This document shows, one piece after another, positions 29,303-39,494 of a DNA stretch of 64,000 nucleotides. Position numbers and translations under genes: made by a program. The stretch's first letter is position 1. Every line of letters begins with the position of its first letter. The stretch is from an uncultured Bacteroidales bacterium (GTDB lineage: Bacteria > Bacteroidota > Bacteroidia > Bacteroidales > Bacteroidaceae), in contig CALCEC010000081.1 in assembly GCA_937900095.1 (NCBI GenBank), positions 6,706 to 70,705 on the forward strand. Reading direction: 5' to 3'. A model generated the notes under the pieces. The model worked only from the letters and a program-made list of their open reading frames with translations. It was not told where the DNA came from and did not search any database.

Positions 29303-29607
29303 GTCATCTCGACGATTGAAATGAGGAGAGATCTCCAAGGTTAATAAAGCAATCAATGTCCTATCACGTAAAAAACATCGGTTTCGAGATCCCTCGTCGC
29401 TACGCTCTGTCGGGATGACAAGTACGCGATATTTTCGAGTTCATATTAGACTCACGTTAAGTTATTGTTCTATTTTGTCTTTCTCATTTGTTTGCCGCCT
29501 CTTGAGAACCCTTGTAATGTTGGAACGCAGTGAAGCATCCCGAACGCATAACTTATCAGCCTTGCGTGAAGGAGATCCTTCGTTTCACTCAGGATGACAG
29601 GTACGCG
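29303..29607. repeat. cluster of modular intergenic palindrome half-sites
   Basis: gtcatctcgacgattgaaatgaggagagatctc (29303-29335), gagatccctcgtcgctacgctctgtcgggatgac (29386-29419) and gagatccttcgtttcactcaggatgac (29572-29598). ggatgacaRgtacgcg occurs twice. Confidence 0.8.
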
Positions 29608-29678
29608 GTTGACTTTTCGCTGACGTGTTATCCCGACAGTATGGCGTTACCGATGTGTCCTCCCAAAAGCGACAGGTA

Positions 29679-30422
29679 TCATTTCTTTATTACAGCCCTC
29701 AACACAAACCATATGTGCCTGCATATTGTAGGCAACACACCATAGTGGCTGCACATGACCTTGAAGCGCTCGATGAGCGACTCGCGGTGACGTTTCAAAG
29801 ATAATCCATTTTGCAGATAATTCACAACAATGGCATCAACTTTTACAAGCTTTGTGGATGCTTTCATCACTTTTATGCACCAGTCGACATCGGACGACAG
29901 GCGGTACTTGAGGTCGTACAAGGGGGCTATGTCACGGCGTGCATAGAATGCCTGGTGACACACCATCATACCATCCTTGAAGCTGCGCCAGTTAAGGTTC
30001 TCAGGGGCTTTGAGGCGACGCATACGGACGAAGTTACGTTCATCGTCAACCTCGGCAGTCTCACCGTAGAGCACATGAGGCAACTCGCTCTCCCCTGCTA
30101 TGGTGTCAACTATTGTCTGCAAGGTGTCAGGAGCATAGAACGCATCGCCGGCATTGAGGAAGCACAGATAATCGCCCTTTGCAAGCCTTATACCCTTGTT
30201 CATGGCATCATAGAGCCCATTGTCAGGCTCACTCACGATATGCGCGAACCCAATGCCACTTGCCTTGGCCTTCTCAACGGTATCATCCTTGGAACCGCCG
30301 TCAATGAGCAGATACTCATAGTTGGTATATGTCTGCGACAGAACACTCTGCAGCGTGGGCCCAATCACCGACGCCGCATTGTATGTTATGGTTATTATGG
30401 AAAACTTAGGTCTTAAAGCCAT
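29679..30422 (-). CDS. family 2 glycosyltransferase
   Basis: FSIITITYNAASVI, DGGSKDDT and EPDNGLYDAMNKG motifs. Confidence 0.85.
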   Translation of the reverse strand: MALRPKFSIITITYNAASVIGPTLQSVLSQTYTNYEYLLIDGGSKDDTVEKAKASGIGFAHIVSEPDNGLYDAMNKGIRLAKGDYLCFLNAGDAFYAPDTLQTIVDTIAGESELPHVLYGETAEVDDERNFVRMRRLKAPENLNWRSFKDGMMVCHQAFYARRDIAPLYDLKYRLSSDVDWCIKVMKASTKLVKVDAIVVNYLQNGLSLKRHRESLIERFKVMCSHYGVLPTICRHIWFVLRAVIKK

Positions 30423-30426
30423 ATTA

Positions 30427-32979
30427 TTATCTCTTTACTTTTCTATAGACAATTGCACCTACAAGCAACACAAGGACAACACCTACAAGTATTGACATAT
30501 AAAGCGACCAGCTGTGGCTTGTCTCCATAAGCTCATCCACGCACTTGAACTCGATGGTGTGCTCGCCTGCCGGCAACGGCAAAGCACGCAACACATAGTT
30601 GGCACGCACGGGAGTGACCTCCTCGCCGTCGATATATGCTTTCCAGGTCTTGTAGTAGACCTCGGAGAAGAGCGCCAACTTAGGAGCCTCGCTGCTGCTC
30701 CTGTATATGATGTTACCCGGGTTGCGGTACTCAACAAGCTCTATTGTACCCGCTGCATTGTTATTGTACTGCGCAGGGTTGTCAATCTTGCAGGCCCAGC
30801 ATTTGTCGACGTAAGCAGTAGTCTTGCTTACATTGTCAAGCGCAGCCATCTCCTCCTTTGCACCGTCGACCCACTCGATATTGTCGACAAGCCAGCAGTG
30901 TCCGTAGGCCTCCCTGTTCAGAGCCACCTCATTTGCCGAGGCACCCTGGATAAAGTATTTTGTGTTGAGCATGTCAAGGACACCCTTGTTGCCCTTGCCA
31001 ATCTGGTGCTCGATAAGGTCCTGATAGCGCGAGAGCTTTGCAGGGCTGTAACCACCTACCGAATTATGGTAGCATGATGTAAAGGACTGGTTGAAGACAC
31101 TGCCGCGAGTAGAATCGAGCACCCTGTAATGGTTATCACCCTCAATGGAGTGGATGAACTTGTCGGCCTCGGTCATCTGCACAGCAGTAGTCTTTCTCTT
31201 CTCCATGAAGTGACTGTCGTTTACATAGCGCTTGCACACAGGCCACATATCGAAGAGGAACAACAGCGCAAGCACCGCAACAAAGTGGCTGCTCTTTATG
31301 CTCTTTACAAACGCAAAGGCATAGAACAGCGCTGCTGCGGCCGCAATGAAGCCGAACGAGCGCCAGGCATCGCCGGCAAGCATCGACTGGCGCTCGGCGA
31401 TAAGCGCATCCTGCAACTCGGGTACCTCGGCAAACTGCGCATCGGTTACCGCTGTGAAGTCGAACAACGAGCCGCCGAACAAGGCAAGGACAAGTGTAAG
31501 GCCACCTGTCACACCGAAAGAGTAATAGAGCGAACGCAGCGCATTTGCTTTCTCCTCACCGCCGGCAGAGAGCATCTCCATAAATCTTTTGACTGCAAGT
31601 ATAGCAAGCGCTGACATTGTAAGTGTTGTTATCACCAATGCCTGTGAGGGCGCACGGAACTTGTTGTAGAGCGGCAGATATTCGAAAAGGAAATTGTTCA
31701 CTGCAGACAGGTTGCTGCCCCACGCAAGCACAAGCGAGAAGAGCGTTGCAGCAAAGAGCCACCACTTCTCGGGGCCACGTACCACAAGCAAACCCAACAC
31801 AAAGAGGAAGCACACGATTGCACCGGCATATACAGGACCCGATGTTCCGTATTGCGCCTGCGGGCCCCAGTAGGCAGGAGCATAGGAAGCCCTTTCGGCC
31901 GCCTCTTTTCTTATGCGGCTCTGGTTGCTTCCGATATAATCCATTATCTCATCCTGGGTGGCGTTGGGGTTGGCATTCTGCACAGCCTCTACATAGCCCA
32001 TTGTCGCAGCATACTCCGCATACGGGTAGTAAGCCTTGTAGAAATCGCTGTTCTTGTCGACCTTGTGCGCCGAGGCCGAACCGTACAGGTTGGGCACAAG
32101 CAGGGTAAGGCTCTCCATCTTGCCATAGCTCCACATAAAGGCATAATCGACCGCAAGACCTGCCGACTGCTCGCCGTCGGATTCTGCCAGCTCCGAGCCG
32201 CCGCGCATCGAGTCCTTGGCATAATCGGCTGTAGGCAACAGAATACCGACAGCGGGTGCTACGGCAAGCGCAGCAACCACTGCAAGCACTCCTGTAGCTT
32301 TCCAATAATAAGGAAGCCACTTCTCCCTGCATGCATATATGAAATACACAATCGCCATTATCACGGCAATGATAAGGGTGTAGTAACTCATCTGCTGATG
32401 GCTCCACAGCACGTTTAGGCCGGCAAAGATAAGGGTAACGAGCGCTCCCACAAGCAGCTTACGCCTGTAGCAGAGCAATATACCGCCTATCAGCGGAGCC
32501 ATTGTGGCAATGACAAGGCTCTTGTTCATGTGTCCGGCACCTATGATAATGAAATTGTAGGAGCCGAGAGTGTATACTATTGAGCCGGCAATGCTGAGCC
32601 ACGGCTTGCAGCCGAGCGCAAGGAACAGTATGTAACAGCCGATGAACGTAGCGAATATACAGCCTATATGACGGCGTGACGCGCCGAAGACGCTCAACGT
32701 AACCACGTCTGCTGCCGGGTTGAAGACATTTGCCGGCTGCGGCGGATAGGTGTAGTTACAGGGCATTCCCGAGAACATCGCGTTCGACCAATAAGAGTAC
32801 TCGCCGGTCTCCTCGTGGTAATCCTTGGCATCCCTACCCCAGCCCATTGAGCCGATGGCATCATCCTGTTTGATGTCCTTTCCCTGGAGCACCGGGCTGA
32901 AATATACCAGTGTCAAAACAAGAAAAACAAGGACTGCAATAACGTGCGGCAAAGCTGCCTTCCAATTAAAATTCTTCAT
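30427..32979 (-). CDS. YfhO family membrane protein (putative lipid-linked glycan transferase)
   Basis: 850 aa. Polytopic N-terminal two thirds, a large extracytoplasmic C-terminal domain and a final TM. The N-terminus FSPVLQGKDIKQDDAIGSMGWGRD is typical of Bacteroidales YfhO proteins. Confidence 0.75.
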   Translation of the reverse strand: MKNFNWKAALPHVIAVLVFLVLTLVYFSPVLQGKDIKQDDAIGSMGWGRDAKDYHEETGEYSYWSNAMFSGMPCNYTYPPQPANVFNPAADVVTLSVFGASRRHIGCIFATFIGCYILFLALGCKPWLSIAGSIVYTLGSYNFIIIGAGHMNKSLVIATMAPLIGGILLCYRRKLLVGALVTLIFAGLNVLWSHQQMSYYTLIIAVIMAIVYFIYACREKWLPYYWKATGVLAVVAALAVAPAVGILLPTADYAKDSMRGGSELAESDGEQSAGLAVDYAFMWSYGKMESLTLLVPNLYGSASAHKVDKNSDFYKAYYPYAEYAATMGYVEAVQNANPNATQDEIMDYIGSNQSRIRKEAAERASYAPAYWGPQAQYGTSGPVYAGAIVCFLFVLGLLVVRGPEKWWLFAATLFSLVLAWGSNLSAVNNFLFEYLPLYNKFRAPSQALVITTLTMSALAILAVKRFMEMLSAGGEEKANALRSLYYSFGVTGGLTLVLALFGGSLFDFTAVTDAQFAEVPELQDALIAERQSMLAGDAWRSFGFIAAAAALFYAFAFVKSIKSSHFVAVLALLFLFDMWPVCKRYVNDSHFMEKRKTTAVQMTEADKFIHSIEGDNHYRVLDSTRGSVFNQSFTSCYHNSVGGYSPAKLSRYQDLIEHQIGKGNKGVLDMLNTKYFIQGASANEVALNREAYGHCWLVDNIEWVDGAKEEMAALDNVSKTTAYVDKCWACKIDNPAQYNNNAAGTIELVEYRNPGNIIYRSSSEAPKLALFSEVYYKTWKAYIDGEEVTPVRANYVLRALPLPAGEHTIEFKCVDELMETSHSWSLYMSILVGVVLVLLVGAIVYRKVKR

Positions 32980-32986
32980 TTTATCG

Positions 32987-34216
32987 CTATTTTTTATTAT
33001 TTTCTATTATCTCTTTCAGCAAGTTATACATGTTCTCCTCATACTTTTCGACGGTGTAGCCGCTGCTTATGCGGTCATATGCACCCGTGGCCAGACGTTT
33101 GAACTCCTCAAGCGGCAAGGCATCGGCACGCATAACAGCATCCTCGAAATCATTATAGCAGACATTATCTACAACAATTCCCACGCCATCAAGGTCAATG
33201 CCTGTGGCACGGCTGTACACCGGCAACAAGGCACCGTTACCCAACACATTCAGCACTGCCACAGCGCCGCCCTCGGAGATTGAGGGGTTGAGCAACAGTC
33301 CGCACTGCGCGAGAATATCGGCAAACTCCCGTGACTCGATGTTCACGAAACCGTGCTGGATTATATTATCCTTACCCTTTATCTTGGGGTTATAGTAGTT
33401 CCAGAAATCCTTCTCGCGGCTACTGCTGCCGCAGATGTGGAGAGTGAACTCGGGATGTGCCAGCGCAAAGTCGATGGCTATGTCAAGCCCCTTGTGCAAC
33501 AGGCCTGTACTGCCGAACCAGAGGATATGACGGCGGCACTCGGCAAAATCCTTTGCAGCAGCACACGGTGTCACCTTGAAGCAGAACGCCGGCAACCAAC
33601 GGTAGCGCTCACGGCAGGAATCCTCGGCAAGGAACTGCCGATATACAAACTCATCGCCCAGACAGATTACCGCATCGCTGAAATGCGCCTCGTAATAGTT
33701 GCGCGGGTCACCCGGCATATAACGGTTCGAGCCCAACAGCCATCGGCCGTGCCTGCTGTAGAAATCGGCATTACGCATTGAAGTGACACGGTAATTGAAA
33801 CAGCTCTCGGCACCCACAGAGTAGAAGATCCTGAGAGGGTTTATATCAGCATCCGCACTGAAAGAACCCATGAAGGCGTTGCCGTTTATTCCGAACACCA
33901 CATCGTATGGTGCATAGTCAATACCGGTGTTTGCCCTTGATGTACAGTCCACACTATAGCCCAGACGGTCGAAACAGCTTGCTATGACCCTGCCCTCGGT
34001 GAGGTTGGAATGGTGCTTGGGAGGCTGCTCCGATGCAAAAGCCTCGGGCAGATGACAAAGCAGCACTCTCTTATCGCGCTTGCGCCCGAAGACGTCTTTT
34101 ACAAGTTTTTCGTTTGAAAAGAGCCTTTGCACAAACGAGATTATGGCATTGCCTGCACGCCGCTTGGCTATGGGCCACACACGGGCTATTTCGGAACGGT
34201 TCAGTTTCATAGGCAA
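32987..34216 (-). CDS. putative GT-B fold glycosyltransferase
   Basis: C-terminal half WFGSTGLLHKGLDIAIDF...PSISEGGAVAVLNVLGNGALLPV resembles GT1/GT4 nucleotide-sugar binding domains. The N-terminal half is unassigned. Confidence 0.55.
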   Translation of the reverse strand: MPMKLNRSEIARVWPIAKRRAGNAIISFVQRLFSNEKLVKDVFGRKRDKRVLLCHLPEAFASEQPPKHHSNLTEGRVIASCFDRLGYSVDCTSRANTGIDYAPYDVVFGINGNAFMGSFSADADINPLRIFYSVGAESCFNYRVTSMRNADFYSRHGRWLLGSNRYMPGDPRNYYEAHFSDAVICLGDEFVYRQFLAEDSCRERYRWLPAFCFKVTPCAAAKDFAECRRHILWFGSTGLLHKGLDIAIDFALAHPEFTLHICGSSSREKDFWNYYNPKIKGKDNIIQHGFVNIESREFADILAQCGLLLNPSISEGGAVAVLNVLGNGALLPVYSRATGIDLDGVGIVVDNVCYNDFEDAVMRADALPLEEFKRLATGAYDRISSGYTVEKYEENMYNLLKEIIENNKK

Positions 34217-34219
34217 AGA

Positions 34220-35308
34220 CTATAGTTTACGGTATACATCGCAGGTCTGTGACACCATGCGCTCGATGGAGAACTCCTTGCTGCGCTCCAGTCCCTTAAT
34301 GCGTAACTCATCGCGCAGAGCAGCACTGACAAGAGTCTCCTTGAGAGTATCAAGCATAGACTGCGCATCATTGGGGTTGAAGAACATTGCCGCATCGCCG
34401 GCTACCTCGGGGAATGAGCTGGCATTGCTCAAACAGACAGGGCAGCCGTTGGCAAAGGCCTCAAGGATCGGTATTCCAAAACCCTCATAATGAGACGGGA
34501 ACACAAAGCAGAGCGCGTGACGGTATAGCGAAGCCATCTGGGCATCGTTGGCAGCAATATGCACAAGCCTGTCGGCAATGCTCCACTTCTCGAAGAGTTT
34601 CTGCTCCGCAGCCGTGAACGGCGAGCCGGTGCACACAACCTTGAGGTTAGGGTCGAGGTTGAATATCGAGCGTATTGCCGAGAGCCACGGCAGGAAATTC
34701 TTGTACCCCTTACGCTCGCCCACATAAAGTACATAGCGGTCGAAGAGCTGCTGCGCAGGCTGTGTCACCATGCGGTAACCGTGATGCACCACGCTTATCT
34801 TCGAAGGGTCGGTACCCAAAAGCTCGACAATGTCGCGCTTGGTATTCTCGCTGACAGCGATAATGTGGTCGGCCTCGGCTATCAGGCGGCGTTTATGCGG
34901 TATTGTACGGTCATAGATGAGTATATCCTGCGGATAGCGCTCAAAAGTCATGTCGTGCACAGTGAGCACAAAAGGCTTCTGGCGTCTCTTCACGCTCTTG
35001 AGGAAATAGGGGTTGAAATATGTAGGGTGGAAGATGTCGAAGTCATTGAACCTTATTGCCTTCCACGATATATACTTGTTCGTCAGCATATATATCTGAC
35101 GACGTATGCGGTAGTTGTTCGGAAAGCTTATCTTGTCGTATTTGTGGCCGTATGTCTCTGTCACATAGTGGTTCTCACAGTAACGCATAGGCATCTCTGC
35201 CGTAAACTCGCCCTGAGGCAGGTTGTACATCAGGTCGGCAAAATAGCGGGTAACGCCACCGAAGCGTTGAAGAGTGAACATCTGGTTGTCGTACAGAATC
35301 TTTTTCAT
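34220..35308 (-). CDS. family 4 (GT1-clan) glycosyltransferase
   Basis: EGFGIPILEAFANGCPV (E-x7-E region). Start set at ATG 35308. The track start is a TTG that overlaps the flippase stop. Confidence 0.85.
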   Translation of the reverse strand: MKKILYDNQMFTLQRFGGVTRYFADLMYNLPQGEFTAEMPMRYCENHYVTETYGHKYDKISFPNNYRIRRQIYMLTNKYISWKAIRFNDFDIFHPTYFNPYFLKSVKRRQKPFVLTVHDMTFERYPQDILIYDRTIPHKRRLIAEADHIIAVSENTKRDIVELLGTDPSKISVVHHGYRMVTQPAQQLFDRYVLYVGERKGYKNFLPWLSAIRSIFNLDPNLKVVCTGSPFTAAEQKLFEKWSIADRLVHIAANDAQMASLYRHALCFVFPSHYEGFGIPILEAFANGCPVCLSNASSFPEVAGDAAMFFNPNDAQSMLDTLKETLVSAALRDELRIKGLERSKEFSIERMVSQTCDVYRKL

Positions 35309-35312
35309 AGTA

Positions 35313-36779
35313 TCATCCTTCAATTTTCCGTTTTAACAAAAAGTTGATAATCTCGCGCAATTCGCTGCTACGCATCAGGAACGCAGTACCCACATAAAGC
35401 AGCGCCGCAATGGCAATGCGCGAGAACAGCAGTATATATATATTTCCGATTGAGGTTGTCAGCATATAAGTGGCAAACATCGTCAGGCCTGCAAGCAACA
35501 GGTATGGCGTAACGTCCAACAGGAACATCGGGAGCGTAATGGCTATCTCCTTACGCGCAAAGTAGTGCCATACAAAAAGCCACATGGCATTGAACACGCA
35601 GTAACTCACAAGCATGAACCTTATGCCGTAGGGATATACGCACAGCAGGATAGCAAGCATGAGCAGGCCCTGCACAATGGTACACCACATGAAAGTGCGC
35701 GAACAGCCACGGCTTACCAGCAAGTTTGTGAGCAGGGACTGTACAGGCATGAATGCACCCCACACAGCCAGAATCTGCAACATGCAGGCACTCTCAAGCC
35801 ATTTGTCGGTAATGACAATCACTATCACCTCCTTTGCCACGAGCGAAAGGCCCAGCATAAGCGGGAAAGAGACAAACGCCGTAAAGCGCAGCATCTTGCG
35901 GAATACACGCAGCTGTCTCTCGCTGTCATCGACAACCTTTGCCAACACCGGTTGCGCCACTGCATTCACCATTCCGTTGACAACCTCACCGCCCATATTG
36001 AACCACTCGGCAGCCTTGGTGTAGTTGCCCACATCGGTACGGGTGTAGAACTTGCCTAAGATAAAAGAGAAGATATTCCAGTTGAAGCGCTGGAAGATGT
36101 TGGTTATAAGCAGACGGTAACTGAATGCGAACAGGTACTTCAACGGATAGAAATTCACCTTGAAGCCGGGACGCCACGGGGTGAAGTACCAGCATACCAC
36201 GGTGCGCACAAGCACATAGACTATGCTCTGCGTGGCTATACCCCAATATGAGTATCCGCACAATGCCATCGCAACACCCACAGCTCCTGAGATAACTATG
36301 GAGAGGATAATTGCAATGGATTTCTGCTTCACCTTGAGTTCCCTGAATAGATAAGCCGAAGGTGCTATTCCAAAACCGGCAACCACAAATCCAAGGAAGT
36401 TGTAGCGCGACAAGGACACCAGTATCGGCTGGTTGAAGAAACCGGCTATCAGCGGTGCGCACACGAAGAGCACGCCGTACATGAGCAGGGAGATAAGGAT
36501 GTTGAACCAGAAGACAGCGTTATAGTCATCGTGGCTCACACTCTTACGGTTGGCAATGGCAGCCACAAAACCGCTGTCCTGCAACGAACCCGCTATCGCC
36601 GAAAAGATGGCAAGCATACCTATGGGCCCGTAATCATCCGGGCCGAGTATGCGTGCCATATATACACCAAAGATAAGGCTGAAGACCTGGCATAGCGCAT
36701 TGCTCATGCCGCCCCATAAGAACCCCTTTGCGACGGCATGTTTTAAGTTATTGCTGTTTGATGCGCTGTTCTTCACCAT
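35313..36779 (-). CDS. MOP-superfamily oligosaccharide flippase (Wzx-like)
   Basis: About 12-14 TM helices. N-terminus AVAKGFLWGGMSNALCQVFSLIFGVYMARILGPDDYG is typical of polysaccharide biosynthesis flippases. Start set at ATG 36779. Confidence 0.8.
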   Translation of the reverse strand: MVKNSASNSNNLKHAVAKGFLWGGMSNALCQVFSLIFGVYMARILGPDDYGPIGMLAIFSAIAGSLQDSGFVAAIANRKSVSHDDYNAVFWFNILISLLMYGVLFVCAPLIAGFFNQPILVSLSRYNFLGFVVAGFGIAPSAYLFRELKVKQKSIAIILSIVISGAVGVAMALCGYSYWGIATQSIVYVLVRTVVCWYFTPWRPGFKVNFYPLKYLFAFSYRLLITNIFQRFNWNIFSFILGKFYTRTDVGNYTKAAEWFNMGGEVVNGMVNAVAQPVLAKVVDDSERQLRVFRKMLRFTAFVSFPLMLGLSLVAKEVIVIVITDKWLESACMLQILAVWGAFMPVQSLLTNLLVSRGCSRTFMWCTIVQGLLMLAILLCVYPYGIRFMLVSYCVFNAMWLFVWHYFARKEIAITLPMFLLDVTPYLLLAGLTMFATYMLTTSIGNIYILLFSRIAIAALLYVGTAFLMRSSELREIINFLLKRKIEG

Positions 36780-36892
36780 TGCTCCATCATATCCTTGGCC
36801 CAAAGGAACCCCTTTGCGACGGCATGTTTTAAGTTATTACTGTTTGATGCACTGTTCTTCACCATTGCTCCATCATATCCTTGGCCCAAAGG
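36721..36892. repeat. 2 x 86-bp tandem duplication spanning the flippase start codon
   Basis: Unit 1 is 36721-36806 and unit 2 is 36807-36892, with 2 mismatches. Confidence 0.9.
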
Positions 36893-36909
36893 GTCCCTTT
36901 GCATTTCCT

Positions 36910-37044
36910 GTCATGTTGAGTGTAACGAAACATCTCTGTCCAATGCAGTCCATTTTTTCGGGCTCATAATGACAGGTCTTGCTTTTGTAATCCCTTATTC
37001 TTTGACTTAAACAGGGAGAGATACTTCACTTCGTTCAGTATGAC
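36910..37044. repeat. modular intergenic palindrome half-sites
   Basis: gtcatgttgagtgtaacgaaacatctc (36910-36936) and gagagatacttcacttcgttcagtatgac (37016-37044). Confidence 0.75.
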
Positions 37045-37072
37045 ACGAGGTGAATGTATCTCTTATGTACAC

Positions 37073-39130
37073 TTACTTTATCTCGCTACCGGGTTTTGCC
37101 TGTGGAGTGACGGTGAGCAGAGAGAGCTTGCCCTCATTGTCCTCGGCACTCAGGATCATACCCTCGCTGACAATGCCGCGCATTGTACGTGGAGGCAGGT
37201 TCGCGATGAAACATACCTGCTTGCCGACAAGCTCATCAGGGTTGAAGTGCTTTGCGATACCCGAAAGGATTGTACGTGTCTCAAGACCGTCGTCAATCTT
37301 GAACTGCAACAGTTTGTCGGCCTTGGGCACCTTTGTACACTCGAGCACGGTACCCACACGCATATCAAGCTTCATGAAGTCATCGAAAGTACACTCGGGG
37401 CGTACGGGGTTAGCCTTGTAGTTGGCAGCCTCGTTCTCCTTCTTGATGCGCTCAAGACGGTCGAGCTGCGCCTGGATTGTCTCATCCTCGATTTTCTCGA
37501 ACAACAGGCCGACCTCGCCCAGCTCATGTCCCTCGGCAAGAAGCTCTGTACTGCCAAGACTTGCCCACTCGAATGTGTCAAGGTTGAGCATGCCACGCAG
37601 TTTCTTGCTGCTGAAAGGCAGGAACGGCTCGAACACGATAGAGAGGTTTGCCACAAGCTGCAACGAGAGATTGAGGATTGTTGCCACACGGCCCATATCT
37701 GTCTTCGCGAGCTTCCAGGGCTCGGTCTCGGCAAGGTAACGGTTACCGATGCGTGCAAGCTCCATAGCCTCCTTCTGTGCATCGCGGAACTTGTACTGGT
37801 CGAGCAGATGCTCAACCTTGCCCTTCACATCCACAAACTCGGCAACGATAGCCTTGTCGTAGTCGTTGAGCTCGCCGCAGGCAGGAACCTTGCCGTCGAA
37901 ATATTTCTTTGTAAGTACCAATGCGCGGTTCACAAAGTTACCGTAAACGGCAACAAGCTCGTTGTTGTTGCGTGCCTGGAAGTCTTTCCATGTAAAGTTG
38001 TTGTCCTTTGTCTCGGGTGCATTTGCTGTGAGCACATAGCGCAGCACATCCTGCTTTCCGGGGAAGTCAACAAGATACTCGTTGAGCCATACAGCCCAGT
38101 TGCGTGATGTGGAAATCTTGTCATCCTCAAGATTCAGGAACTCGTTGCTGGGCACATTGTCGGGCATCACATACTTGCCGTGAGCCTTCATCATCACAGG
38201 GAAGATGATACAGTGGAACACGATGTTGTCCTTGCCGATGAAGTGTACAAGACGTGTGTCCTCACTCTGCCACCACTGCTCCCATGAGCCATGCTTCTCG
38301 GGCTCCTTGTCGCACAGTTCCTTTGTGTTCGAGATATATCCGATTGGAGCATCGAACCACACATAGAGCACCTTGCCCTCGGCACCCTCAACGGGTACAG
38401 GAATACCCCAATCAAGGTCACGTGTCATGGCACGGGGCTGCAGGTCCATGTCGAGCCAGCTCTTGCACTGGCCGTAGACATTCGGGCGCCACTCCTTGTG
38501 GTTCTCAAGAATCCACTCCTTGAGCCACTGCTGGTACTCGTTGAGCGGCAGATACCAGTTCTTTGTCTCCTTGAGCACAGGAGCCTCGCCTGTCTCCTTT
38601 GAACGGGGATTGATGAGTTCTGTAGGCTCAAGCGCACGTCCGCATCCCTCCTCGCACTGGTTACCATAGGCCTGCTTGTGGCAGTAAGGGCACTCGCCCA
38701 CAACATCGCGGTCGGTAAGGAACTTCTCGTTCTTCACGTCATAGAACTGCTTTGAAGTCTGCTCGACAAGCTTTCCGTCATCGTAGAGCTTGCGGAAGAA
38801 CTCCGAAGCGAACTTGTGATGTGTCTCGGATGTTGTACGGCTGTAGACATCGAACGAGATTCCGAAGCCCTCAAAGCTCTCCTTGATGATGTTATGATAA
38901 CGGTCTACCACATCCTGTGGGGTAATGCCCTCCTTACGGGCACGCTGTGTAACAGGCACACCGTGCTCGTCGCTACCGCCGATGAAGAGAACATCCTCGC
39001 CTTTAAGACGCAGATAACGCACATAAATGTCGGCAGGCACATAAACGCCTGCAAGGTGACCGATGTGTACCGGGCCATTTGCGTATGGCAGGGCCGATGT
39101 AACAAGGGTTCTTTTGAATTTCTTTTCCAT
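37073..39130 (-). CDS. metG: methionine--tRNA ligase
   Basis: HIGH region ([14 protein letters not shown]), KMSKS variant KISTSRN, a zinc knuckle, and a C-terminal EMAP/tRNA-binding domain. Confidence 0.95.
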   Translation of the reverse strand: MEKKFKRTLVTSALPYANGPVHIGHLAGVYVPADIYVRYLRLKGEDVLFIGGSDEHGVPVTQRARKEGITPQDVVDRYHNIIKESFEGFGISFDVYSRTTSETHHKFASEFFRKLYDDGKLVEQTSKQFYDVKNEKFLTDRDVVGECPYCHKQAYGNQCEEGCGRALEPTELINPRSKETGEAPVLKETKNWYLPLNEYQQWLKEWILENHKEWRPNVYGQCKSWLDMDLQPRAMTRDLDWGIPVPVEGAEGKVLYVWFDAPIGYISNTKELCDKEPEKHGSWEQWWQSEDTRLVHFIGKDNIVFHCIIFPVMMKAHGKYVMPDNVPSNEFLNLEDDKISTSRNWAVWLNEYLVDFPGKQDVLRYVLTANAPETKDNNFTWKDFQARNNNELVAVYGNFVNRALVLTKKYFDGKVPACGELNDYDKAIVAEFVDVKGKVEHLLDQYKFRDAQKEAMELARIGNRYLAETEPWKLAKTDMGRVATILNLSLQLVANLSIVFEPFLPFSSKKLRGMLNLDTFEWASLGSTELLAEGHELGEVGLLFEKIEDETIQAQLDRLERIKKENEAANYKANPVRPECTFDDFMKLDMRVGTVLECTKVPKADKLLQFKIDDGLETRTILSGIAKHFNPDELVGKQVCFIANLPPRTMRGIVSEGMILSAEDNEGKLSLLTVTPQAKPGSEIK

Positions 39131-39203
39131 TGTAGTTATGTTTTTTTGATTATTTGTTCATTAAAATTCCAGCAATAATATATCAGTTGACCCAACGCAA
39201 CCT

Positions 39204-39272
39204 GTCATGCTGAGCATAGCGAAGCATCTCTGTTTAACCTGACTGAGATCCTTCACATCCGTTCAGGATGAC
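39204..39272. repeat. one complete inverted pair of the intergenic palindrome module
   Basis: gtcatgctgagcatagcgaagcatctc - N14 - gagatccttcacatccgttcaggatgac. Confidence 0.8.
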
Positions 39273-39494
39273 AAATTCAATATGACAATTCTGTGTATAA
39301 AAATGATTTTAGTCAACACTTATATCACTTTATCCTTTGCCTTCGGGGCCACAATTTACAAAAGTAGTCATTTTATTTTAAATAACAGGCCTGCGCGAGA
39401 ATAATAGTTGCAGCGAGGGTTTATTTGCCGTCAATTTACACATTAATGCCCTTGATTGGGCTACTGTCGGCAAAAAAGAGTATCTTCGCAGGAT

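Noticed and set aside
37040-38107. 355-aa ORF on the + strand
   Set aside because: Entirely antisense to metG, which has unambiguous synthetase motifs. It has no motifs of its own, so it is a codon-bias shadow ORF.
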